DNA of 64,000 bases from Octopus sinensis (lineage: Eukaryota), in contig NC_042997.1 of the NCBI RefSeq assembly GCF_006345805.1, forward strand, positions 86,118,001 to 86,182,000, given 5' to 3'. The translations under genes and the position numbers were made by a program. Of this stretch, positions 24,743 to 37,185 are shown piece by piece (the first letter of the stretch is position 1; every line of letters starts with the position of its first letter). The notes under the pieces are model-generated. The model ran no database searches, was not told the origin of the DNA, and worked only from the letters and a program-made list of their open reading frames with translations.

Positions 24743-27700
24743 GGTGATGGGAGTAGGGATGGGTGGGCGCATTGCAGACAAGCAGTGACCAGTTTAAAAC
24801 AAGAATGCCTATAAATGGGAGAAACATGGCATCAGTGAGAGACATAAGTAAAACAAGAGTGCTTACGAATTTTAGAGAACAGTGACAAAAACATTATGAA
24901 ACAAGGAGAGAACATTAGGGTTTTAGGGAATTACAGTTTGAAAGTTATTTGAAGAATTAATTTAAATAATTACAGGTTATGAAAGTACATGTTAGTAATA
25001 TAGGTTAGATGAATGAATGAAGCAATTAAAAACAAGAGAAATTCTTAGCTTAACTGTGCATATTGCAAGTGTCAATCAACAGCAGTGAATGAAGTAAGCA
25101 ACATGAAAGTCTGAGAAACCATGTGCTAAAGGTCCTTTATATAATCTACAGCCAGAGGTGGTCAAATAAAATGGACAATTTTTCCATAGGAGGTAGAAGA
25201 AGCAAGTAACCATAGTGAAGAGGGAGGAATGGCAGTTTACTGTTGTTGGGGAGAAGCAATGGCCAGTTTAAAACAAGAGTGCCTATGAATGAGAGAAACA
25301 TGACAACAGTGAGGTATAACATATGCACTTACATATTTCTGTGTGTGTGTAATTTGAAATATATTGCTGTTATATTGTGTAGAACAGTTGCTGGTTTATT
25401 AAAAGTCATGCCCCTTACATTCTCTTCATCTCTTTATAGTCTGAAATCTTTTAAATGTGGGTTTAAGGCTTTGTCGTGTGACTTTTGTTTTGTGTTATAT
25501 TATTGGGTGGTGATTGTATTCAATACATATTGTGTGATTTTGCATTATTGTGTTAGGTAGAATGCTATTTTCTATGCATTGGGTATTTTAATACCAAGTG
25601 GAAACTGTATAGAATGTGTTATATGATTTATGTTATATCATTGGTTTGCATTTGGGTAAAATTAGTTGTATGAGTTATTGTTGGTACATAGATTGTATAA
25701 TATATCCTCATACATAAACAGTCCACATAAATGTAACCTATGCATTTCAGAAAAAATATATATTAATAATAACAGCTAACATCTCAAACAGAATAAACAA
25801 GATATACACTACAAGCTGACATAGAAAATAGATTCTTCTTAACTATTTAAAATGCAACAAATAGAATTAATATAAACTCTCTTCTTCAAACTAGAAAAAT
25901 ATATCATATAACTCTGTAATTGTGTATGGCCATAGAACTGTTCCTCCCTAGCAACACTAAGAATATAGTTACATACCAGAAACTAACTAACCATACACCA
26001 GATTCTAATATCACCAAGTGACATGACGTATTGTAACCAATGAAAAACAATGTGTGTTCAATTTGCCATAATGACTTCGTGTATAACCAAATTTGCTGTT
26101 AATTTCTTATTCTTGATTAAAGGATTGCATCAGTTGAGTGATATAGTGAATCAGCAATTATATATATATATATATAGTGTGTGTGTGAGAGAGAGAGCGA
26201 GATAGAGAGAGAGGGGTATCAATGCAGTTTAGATCAGCTAATTGCATTCATGAGGTGTTATGTAGCTCAAAGAAATATAGAAGACAATTGGCCAATGTGC
26301 TGTGTAGAGGAACTGAACCTAAATCTGTGTAGTTGCAAAGCAATCACAGCTATACTTTTGCCTATATACTTTCATATATATATATACTGACTTCTCCGAA
26401 AACTAGTCATTTTCTTTTAGGATTCATCTCAGAGTATGCACGCACTCTCTTACACGTATTAAATGAATGACTCTTACTAGATAGTTAATGAGTCTTTCAC
26501 CATACAAGACATGTCGTTGATTCTTTTAATTTTATCTGTACCAGATTAAAAACTCAAGTGCCATGTGTAAGTGTTAATATATTTTATTACAATCAGTATT
26601 TCAACAAAATGTATTTTGTTTTGTTCAAAGTCTGTTCAGAGACTTCACAGGTGTAATTCCTTATACAGAGATAGAGAGAGAGAGATGTGTAAAGGGATAA
26701 ACAGACAAGTGTTTGGAAAGATAGGCATACTGATAGGAGCATGGGATTAGGTGTGATGATTGTAGCTATGGTAGTGATGGAGATAGTAATTGTGAAAGAA
26801 GTTGTTTTGTTGATGGCACATGAAAAATTGTAGATGTCATTGTAATAGCCATAGTGGAGAAGGCAATCATGAACATTTTTTACATCATTGTGAAGATAAA
26901 AGTTTCCACTCCACTAGCCATAACTAGAAATCTTGCAAATGAAATATGTTAGATACTTTTTGATTAATCCTATGGCAGGGGTCACTTTAACAAGGTTACA
27001 TTCTATTATGACATGCTAAATAGAATCAGCTTCAATTAGAAGCTAATATTGTGGAGAATACCCTACTCCCTACAGGACAAATAAAAGGAAGGTTATTTAG
27101 TTTAATTCACCATATGGGTTAGATATACTATGAACATATCTACAAGTATTTTTATCTCTATGACATTCAAATAATCATTTCAAAACTCATATTAAGGCAA
27201 GCTAATCTTGTCTAGACAGTATCTCTTCACAGATCACAAATGATCAACAAAAACACACCCACCCACACAGTCCACATACTAGCATTTAACTTGTAACTAT
27301 TAAATCCCTCTTCATGAGTCCTTGTGGGATTTAGAGTATCTTGTCTTTTCAAAGCAGGGATATATTGAGTATCAATAACATCCCTGAGGGATATTGAAAA
27401 GAATAACATGGATTACTGTAAAAATTTTCAAAACATTTTCTACCAACATCTACACTCAATTAGATCAAAGGATGAGAAAAACCGCATCTCTGGGTCGATT
27501 TTTGTGTAAACACAGATCTAAAATTTGAATTCCCTCCAATCATTGATAGAGACACTTCTTTGTTAAATGGATTACAAAAAAGCAGTTTTATCTAACTGTA
27601 AAGATCCCAATATTAAAGCAATTACCTAAGTCACTTAACCAGAGATCAATTAGCTAATTGTAATCATTGGAGGAGGTTCTTCCTGAACATCTCCCTGATG

Positions 27701-29039
27701 CTTGCCTGATTGTCCAAGGTCTATGCCTGTTGACTCAAATCTACAACTACAAGCACTAACAGGCATGGCAGAATAGTTTCTCCTTGGGGAGCCTCCTCTA
27801 CACCATTTTTATCCAGTCAACATTACCTTTGATCTGCAACATATCCAACCACATGATCCACTTTGACCAATGGAAATCATTCTACCTAGTGTTTTATAGA
27901 CATCATCAATGTTCTTCGTCTGACTGATTGCCTGTACAGCTTACATGTGTGAAACTTCATCACCTGATTCACAATAAAAATATAAGAGTATGCATGACAT
28001 ATATATTGTTTCTGTGTATGCAGCAAATAAAAGCAGAGTTCTTACCTCAGTATAGTTACTTGAGTTGCTTTGCTATCTTGATAATCTATCTTTGTCTCAT
28101 TACATGATATTACATTAATAATGGGTGTGGTTGGTGATTTGATTAACTAAATTTATTTCAGCTAACATTTCTCTTCATTTGGCTTTTATTTACATGTAAG
28201 TGTGGGTGTATGTCTGTGTGTACATGCTGCTTTGTGTGTATATGTGAATATGTCTGCATATGACCAGAAGTGTGTGTATAAGTGTGCATATGCAGGTGTG
28301 TATAAGGCATGAGAGAGTGTATGAGTGTAGAAGTGCACAAGAATGTGTATGTCTGTCTCTGTGTGTGTTCTTTTTTTTTTTCATACTGGAATGGAAAAAT
28401 TGATCAAGGTAGTCTCACACACACACACATCAATCTCTCAAAGATTTTTCCATTCTTTTAACACATTCACTCCCATTAATTTCTAACAAATCTTTCAATT
28501 TCATCTTCTGTGAAATCATTTCAAAATAGCAAAATTTGAATAGCTAGCGTAAGTGTGTAAAGATGTATATGTATGTGTGCATGCATCTGAGTGTTACACA
28601 TGTGAAACATTTGCAAGATAAACAGGATTACACATCCAGAGCTAAACATATATCAGGTTCTACATACTTCTAAGAGATGGATGTATTGTGCTTTCATACT
28701 ATTCTTATTACATAAGAAATCATATAAAAGACAATATACACATACTTACATACACACGCATGCACAAACACACACTTAGACATATGCACCCACATATATT
28801 TCATTTTGATTAATTTATATCCGTTTTTCCATGCTAGCATGGGTTAGACAAATATGTTATCAAAGCATTGTTTTACTGCTGGATTTTAATCTTTACATGT
28901 CTGCAAGTAATAGATCTTTTGTTTTATGTAGCTTACAAAGTGAGTGGACAAGTTGCTGACAGGGGAGGTGCCAACATCACTGCTCAAACATTGTAACTTT
29001 CAAATAAGTGAGTGCAGGTGTAAACACACACACACAAGC

Positions 29040-29420
29040 ATGTATGCATGCATGTATGTATATCATCATTATCATCATCATCAAACTTCATTTTCCAAGT
29101 TGGCATGGGTTCGATCGTTTGTCAGGAGCTGGAAAGCCAATGGACTGGGCCAGGCTCCATTATCTGCTATGGCTTTGTTTCTATGGTTGGATGCATTTCC
29201 TAACACCAACCACTTTACAGAGTGTAGTGTGTGCTTTTTATGTTGCACCAGCATCAGCAGGGTCACCAAGTAAATTACAAGATGAAGACCCCAGACCTGG
29301 AGGGGGTGTAGTATTGAGGGAAAACTGCTTTGTGCCAGTTGAGAGGTTAAAGAATATTTGAGGGATAGCGATAGGTGCATTGCTATAGAGGAGATGCATG
29401 GCTATCTCAATTAGAAAAGA
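29040..29420. mobile_element. RTE-UTR-derived non-autonomous element (same family as 34250 and 43040)
   Basis: ggatgcatttcctaacaccaaccactttacagag...gctatagaggagatgcatggcta. Confidence 0.65.
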
Positions 29421-29499
29421 AAGGAGAGAAAATAGAGAGAAAGATGAAGAGATAGAGAGAGAGGGTACTGCAGATTGCGTTTAGGCATACCCTCATCAT

Positions 29500-29808
29500 C
29501 ATCATCATCACCACTTTAATATCTACTTTTCAATGCTTGCAAGGTCAGATGAGAGTACATAGGTGGCAGTTTTCTACAGCTGGATACCCTTTCTCACATC
29601 AAACCCCACCTGTTTCCAACTGAATTAATTTCTCATTCTACCACATAAAAACAACTGGGCATGTTTTATGCAAAAAAAACTGGAATCAAACAATGCCATA
29701 TGTTTGCTAAGATTGTGAAACATGCCAAGAAGCCCAAGCATGCTTTCATAGCAGACTGCAAGCAAACAACACTATCAAGAAGCCACTGTTTACAAACCAA
29801 TGAATTCA

Positions 29809-29864
<56 letters not shown>

Positions 29865-30030
29865 TACACAATTCTGATGGGCTGCTTTCAGTTAACGTCT
29901 ATCAAATCCACTCCCAAGGCTTTGATTGACCCAGCATTATAGTAGAAGGCTCTTGCTGAAATGTTATGCAGTGACGCTGAATCCAAAACCACATGGTTGA
30001 GAATCAATCTTCATAACCACATAGCCATAC
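29500..30030 (-). mobile_element. SINE family B with (CT)n expansion
   Basis: Tail at 29500-29700 and head at 29870-30030, in reverse orientation. Confidence 0.7.
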
Positions 30031-30074
30031 CAGCAATATATATAGATGCAGAGATAGGTAAAGGTATATCTATT

Positions 30075-30125
<51 letters not shown>

Positions 30126-32146
30126 GCATATATATGTATATATACATCCATACACACACAAGTATATATATATATTGTATGTGCATTTGTAATAATGTAT
30201 GTATTTAAAACACATATATTTATATATTTTATATATGTTTAAACAGGTACATGCATATATCTTTATATGAGATCAGTATGTGTATATATATATATGTGAT
30301 TATAGATATACATTTATGTGCACACACACACACACACACATACACACACACATGTGTCTGTATGAAAAACAAGGCCAGGGAGTAAAACAAGGATAGATAA
30401 AGAGAGTGATGCTAACTATTGAAGTGCTGCTCAAAATAGTGTTTATATGGTGCTATTATATTTGTTGCCAGCAGACATGGAGTTCAAAGAGTTAATTTTT
30501 GGACAACAGTTATTACAGTTATTAGACTGATTATATGTAGAACCGATTATGTGTACTGCCACAAGCAGAACCAACTTGAAAGACTTATGGATCCAATATT
30601 ACAGCACTTAAAAGCAACAGGTAGTACTGTATGTGGTTGTGTGAATGGGTAGAAGCAACAGTTTGGTCTTTCTTAAATTGCACTCTTGCTCTTGAAAAAT
30701 GGAATCACACTCTGGATAATGTAGTTGAGAGATATGAATGTAAAAGACAGAATCATATATCTGCTCAGTAAATTTTGAACTGGGCTTAAATAAGAAAATA
30801 GTTTATCCAAAATATCAAAGTATTTTTTGTCCCAATTTTTAGTATCTTAAATTTTTTTGAATCTGAAGTATTACTAAGTAAATTCATAGAACAGGGCTGT
30901 TTTCCTCTTGATGTGGAAATGCATATCACTGAAGAAACATTTTGTAAAAGAATAAAAATATACACAAAATCCCACTAGCAGTAGGAATTTATTTGCAGTA
31001 TATTATTCATAGCTCATAGGTTATAAGTTGATCTTCTGTTTCAAAGTAATAAGGGTTGTATTAATAGTTTCTCCATAGTTTCAAATAAATTCTTATCTGT
31101 GGTTCTATACATAAATAAGCAGATACACATGTGTGTGTGTGTGTGTGTGTGTGCATAATTTATATTTAACAGTGAATCTGAGGGAGCTGCTGCTCAAAGT
31201 TCCAAGTTCCACTTTGTCTTATAAAAGGGAGTTTTATTTTGCATCTGTGGATGTGTATATGTCAGTAGTGATAACCTCTCAGTCATAAATGCTTCTGATC
31301 ATACAAGGTTAAGAAATTGATTCCCTTTGTTCTTCGTGTTATCTGTACAGTGTGTATGTGTGTGTGTGTGTGTGTACATAGATATTTAGATAGGTAGATA
31401 GATAGATCAATAGATAGATAGATCAATAAATAGATATATATATAGATAGATATGCATGCAAATACATACATACATACATACATATATATATATATACACA
31501 CACACACTCCTACATTTATGCAGATATGTATACTTACATGTACATATACATACCTACATATATATATTCTTAAAAATATACATATATATGTATACACATA
31601 TATGTACATATCTATGCATAACTGCATGTATGTGTGTGTGTATATCTATATATTTATACATGCACACACACACAAATGCACATATACACATGTATGTATG
31701 CTTGTATGTCTGAACATAAATTAACCTATGTGTATGTATGAGTCTGTATGAGTGTGTATGTGTGTATAAGGAAAACTTGAGGATCAATCAATAAATAATG
31801 TTACAACAGAACCACAAACGAAAGGATCAAAGCAACCAAATGCCCAGGATTCAAAAATGATTATGTTCTTACTGTGTTCACATGAAATGTGATATATGTC
31901 AGAGAGTATATGGTATGGTGGTAATTACAACCAGGCATCATCCCTAGAGATCTGTGGTCTCCATTTTTATCAGTTTTTCACATTTAAAAAGTATAAATAC
32001 AGAAACACATACACGTACACACACACACACTCCTCTCACATATACATGCATAGATACACACAGATTACTGAAATGGGAGTAAGATATAAATGCAGATGTG
32101 TATATATGTTTATGAATAAGGGTTTGTGTGCATATATATGTGCGTG

Positions 32147-32185
<39 letters not shown>

Positions 32186-32369
32186 AAATTCGATGACTGG
32201 CATCCGTGCTAGTGGACCGCTAACAGCTCCATCCGATTGGGATCACTGCCAGAGCAACTGTTTGGCTCGATAAAAATGGTAAGACAACAAAAGAATGAAA
32301 GAGACCTTGATATTATGTATAGAGGAATTTATCTGTAAATGTAATATGTGACAATTATTTGGTAGCCAT

Positions 32370-32430
32370 GATAAAACTCTGAGTTTCAGATACCGGAGTG
32401 GAAATCCACGCCGTCATCTCTTCAGTTATC
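32370..32430 (-). ncRNA. Minimal type-I hammerhead ribozyme motif (Penelope-like-element style), nearly intact
   Basis: Minus strand: gataa CTGAAGA [30-nt stem II, 11 pairs] t GAAA ctc-a-gag T T ttatc. Stem I gataa/ttatc pairs perfectly; stem III is near-palindromic. Confidence 0.7.
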
Positions 32431-32436
32431 CAACTG

Positions 32437-32495
<59 letters not shown>

Positions 32496-32624
32496 TAGTA
32501 GATATGACTGTATGAATGTACATGCATATATATATATCATGTACTCTGTTAGAATATTATACACTGAATTTATAATGAGTTCTCTTTGTATAAAATGTCA
32601 AAAATATTAATACTATAAAGTATG

Positions 32625-32665
<41 letters not shown>

Positions 32666-32880
32666 CTTCAGTCCTTTGTACAGCAAGAACCATATGGTTT
32701 AATCGGAGGTTTTTAGTAGCATAACATGACTAAAATATCAATGTTATACATGCACATTTTATTTACAGTTTATCGTTAAATAAAATTTCCCATTACCAAA
32801 AGATATGTATAAATATATATATGTACATATATGTATATATTGATGATTAGTAGCATAATGGTTGAAGACTGATATAGACA

Positions 32881-33167
32881 CATACAACATACATACATGA
32901 TGGCCGTCTTCTCATGATCGAGGAAGACTATTGCTGACCTCCATGAACATTGTGCGCTCTAGGACTAACATAAATTTTGCATTTGTGGCTCTGTTCGTGG
33001 CTAATGAGCCCCGCTCTTGTCAAGCATACATGACTGCAAACATTGCAAACCAAGTTTTCCCCATTCACTACACCAGCGGTGCACTTTTGAGGGGCACACT
33101 TAAATTCTTCATGTAGAATACATGCTCTCTTAAAGATATCAACCCCCTCCTTAACCTGCTTCCTCCA
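32881..33167 (-). mobile_element. RTE-clade LINE 3' end with C-terminal C2H2 finger
   Basis: WRKQVKEGVDIFKRACILHEEFKCA...LVCNVCSHVCLTRAGLISHEQSH...*; 3' hairpin tcttcctcgatcatgagaaga; (atgt)n tail. Confidence 0.8.
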
Positions 33168-33402
33168 TCAAAAACTTCAAAGCCAGCAGAAGAGAAAAGG
33201 AAGAAATCAAATGACAGCAGAGAAAGGCTCAACAAAATCAATCTCATTATCCACCAACATTGCCATGCAGTCAATGCCATTGACTCTTCTATGCAAGGAT
33301 TGGTCTTCAGAATCATCAACAGTCTCATCATAAAGGAAGCGTTCAGTAAAGGAGAAAATAAATACTCAGATATGAGATAAAGTTGATACTGACAACAACA
33401 AA
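33168..33402 (+). mobile_element. Different RTE-clade LINE 3' end with C2H2 finger
   Basis: IKNFKASRREKEEIK*QQRKAQ...LPCSQCH*LFYARIGLQNHQQSH; stops are TGA (CGA decay); 3' ctcagatatgag hairpin; (caa)n tail. Confidence 0.8.
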
Positions 33403-34069
33403 TAGGTAACTTTGGATGTATACTTTTGCCACCCTGCATAATATCAGGAATTATAGCTTACATACAATATTTATAATTTAACTTTTACCAAATTTGCCTT
33501 TCTCTTTGCCTTTTTTCTTTTCTTTCGGCTTTTTTTTTTCCAATTTTTCTATTCTTTACTTCTACAAATTTGTAGTTTCATGAAAGAATTAATCAAAAAA
33601 TACTTTACACATAACTTGAATGACCTTTATTCCACTTGATAATATGGTTCAAGCATTGTAAATATTGTATGCTTGTTTAAAAATGCCATATATTTGTTTA
33701 AATTTTTAATTGTTAACAAAAATGGAAAAGGAAAATCGTTTTGGAAAATGGATAAAATGTTTACTAGGTTTGTTTTTGCTATTTACTTAGTAGTCAACAA
33801 ATGAAAAGTTTTACATGTTGTTACAATATATTATTTTAAAATCACGTGACTCTCTCTTCTTCTATTATTGAGTGTTATACAGGAACCACATAGATACATT
33901 CTGGAATCCTGACAAAAATTTTGAAGTGGTGTTTTATTGCTTCTAAAATATACTATTAAATGGTAATTAAGTTGGTTTAATAAATCTCTGTAATCAGAGG
34001 AATTATTTACACTACAAATGTGGAATCCCAAATGTCTACAAAAATCTAAGTTTATTTTTGCATATTACT

Positions 34070-34117
<48 letters not shown>

Positions 34118-34249
34118 TGTGTGTGTGTGTGTGTGTTTAGGTAAATACCAGTATGTCAAATACCATAGAACAAAAATTACATATATACACACACACATAA
34201 ATTTAGTGGGGCACCATATCATCATCCTCCTCCTCATCATCATCATCAT

Positions 34250-35085
34250 TATAATCATTTAACATCCATTTTTCATGCTGGCATGGATTGGGCAGTTTGA
34301 CAGGAGCTGGTAAGCCAGAAGACTACACCAGGCTTCACTGTTTTGATATAGTTTTTGCAACTGAACACCAGCCACCCAACAGAGTGAACTGAGTGCTTTT
34401 TACATGGCACCAACACCAGTGAGGTGTGTTTTGGCATGGCTTTTATGGCTAGGTGTCCTTCCTAATGTCAGTCACTTTACAGAGTGGCCTGGATGCTTTT
34501 TATGTGGCATCAACACCAGTGAGGTCTACTTGGGCACAGTTTTTACAAATGGGCTCCCTTCAAATGTCAACGCCTCTATGGTGTAGACTGGATGCTTTTT
34601 ACATGGCACCAGCATCGATGGGGTTACCAAGTAACTCACAAGACAAAGATCCTTTGAGACTTTGAGAGGTGGGTATTGGAAGATGCAGCCTTGTGCCAGG
34701 TAATGAGAGGTTAGAGTGTAACAGAGGAACAGAAACAGGTTTCTTGTAGAGCAGTGCTTCTCAAACTATCTGATGTAGCATACTGGCAGTTTTATTTCCA
34801 ATGTGCCAGGGGCCGGTAATGTTTCTTAGGAATATCAATTTATACCGGAAATAATATTTAATGGATATAATAAAAGTTGACAATTTTTTTTATCTTATAT
34901 TTATTTTGTAAACAAATGATACAAAATTACATAAGCATTTTATACATATTTTATAAGCATGTTATAATGTTTCTTTTCTGGAATCTCGCCATGTACCAGC
35001 AGCTGATGGCTCACAGACTGACACCTGTTCACAGACCGTCACTTTGAGTAGCACTGTAGTAGAGGAGATACATGTTACCCAACCA
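34250..35085. mobile_element. RTE-UTR-derived element interrupted by a hAT MITE
   Basis: catcatttaacatccattttt...ggtgtccttcctaatg...; resumes agaggagatacatgttacc after the MITE. Confidence 0.65.
34752..35056. mobile_element. hAT (Charlie-like) MITE, 305 bp
   Basis: TIRs CAGTGCTTCTCAAA / TTTGAGTAGCACTG (13/14); 8-bp TSD ttgtagag (34744-34751) / tagtagag (35057-35064). Confidence 0.9.
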
Positions 35086-35644
35086 CCTATACTCTCACCT
35101 ACATGCATACATACAGTGTCCCCCATTACATTTCCTAAATTTCCTAAAAGTGCATATTTCTATTTAATGAAATTTGATAGACACACATATCCATGGTGTA
35201 CTTCACCATTATGTTGATAACCTTAATATAATATTTTCTGGAGGAAATTTGGATCATTCTACACTTTCTGATTGTCTTTCCTTTTAATTCTTTCTTTTTT
35301 TCCATTTTTTTTTTTTCTTCTTTTATTAAAATGCATATATTTAAATGACATTTTGCTGAAACACATAATATAGATATTCCAAAACCTGAATCTGAAAGAA
35401 AACTGAACAATGCTAAAGTTGACAAAAATTTCTGCTAACAAAGTCTGGAATGGAAGAAAAGAGAATGGTCCAAAGCTTCTACTAAAAATTATTTTTCTAT
35501 ATTCTATCACCATAATCACAATCTATTCTATCAAAAACCTATCTCTGCAATATTTCATTTAAAAAAAAAATCTGTATTTTTCAGAAAGTTATAAGAATTA
35601 AAATAGGAGGTGGGACACCATACTGGAATATTCTCTCTCCCACT

Positions 35645-35803
<159 letters not shown>

Positions 35804-37140
35804 GTATCTTAATCAAATTCATATTCAATTTTTGCATTTTTACAATATTACACTTTACATATTAGTAATAATGTGAAATGCAATATTGGAAAATTACAAA
35901 AATAAAATGTGAAAATCAAACTGTTGGAATTTGATAGACTAATATACTTATCTATACACAATATTACAATTCTAAACTCTGTGTGTGTTTGTGTACATAT
36001 ATGTGTGTGGGGTGTAAGTATATATTTTTATATATATGTATGCATGTTTATATATATATATATATATTGAGAGTGTGAGTGAATGTGTATGTGAACTTTC
36101 ATGATATAAAATCAACATGGGCTGCACTTTTGGTTTCAAATGGGTTTTTTTTTAAGACAAACTATGAAATAAAGTGAAAATATATTTTTCCAATAATGTG
36201 TGTTTTAAGTTATATACTCTATATGTATAAATGCTATTTAGATTTTTTAAATTATTTGTCAGTTACATACACAAGCTCATATCTTCCATTTCACACATGC
36301 TTGTATTTATCCACCATAACCAGTGTCATTTACACCACATTCTCCTCTTCACCATCTGTAATCTTTTTTCGTCACATTGTATGTGTAGCATTTTTTACTC
36401 ACTGCCTCCCACCAAGCACTCATGTTACACCTGTTATGATAACTCTATCTCTCTTTTACTGTCTCTTTCCCTCTCTATATATGACATAAAGCGTGACTAG
36501 AGAAATCATTCAATCAATCAGTGTTTATATATATTGACTGTTTTATATACATGTATGTGTGCATAACTATGTCCATTATAAAATACACATGCACACACAC
36601 ATACTTATACCTTATATCTATTTTACATTTCCACTTTGTCACAGCAGGACCAATAACTGGTTGTTAGAATACAGCATACTCATAATGCACAATATTGCTT
36701 TCAAATTTTAACACAAGGTCAGTAAGTTCAGGAGAGGATGTAAATCAATGGTATCAACCCCAGTGCTCAACTGGTACTTATTTTATTGACCCCAAAAGGA
36801 TGAAAAGCAAAGTCAGCCCTTAGCAGAATTTGAACGCAGAATGTAAAGACAGATGTAAAGCTCTGACAGTGAGGTAGTGTGAATTCAACCCATTCACATC
36901 ATCAGCTCCAGACTCTTATATGAGCCAGAAGATAGGTACAGAGTCTAATATTAATTCAAATAAATGACAAAAGAATCAGAGTTGTGCAATTGTCTTTATG
37001 TATGAAAATGAAGGTGATTATGCTCTGTACTTCTTTCCTGGTTCATACATATAAAGAGGCCAGAGTCAAGGTTGCCAGTGAATTTACAGCTCACTAATAA
37101 TATTTTAGTATGTTTCAATATGTTAAGCCATCATCAAACT

Positions 37141-37185
37141 GCAGTCTGATGACATCTTAACTGGCAGAAACTTTGAAGTCACTGT
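37141..37185 (+). ncRNA. Minimal type-I hammerhead motif with decayed stem II
   Basis: gcagt CTGATGA catcttaactggca GAAA ctt-tg-aag TC actgt. Canonical core, GTC triplet, stem I of 4 WC pairs plus 1 GU. Confidence 0.55.

Noticed and set aside
36878-36905. Minus-strand CTGATGA followed by a perfect 7-bp hairpin
   Set aside because: No GAAA after the stem.
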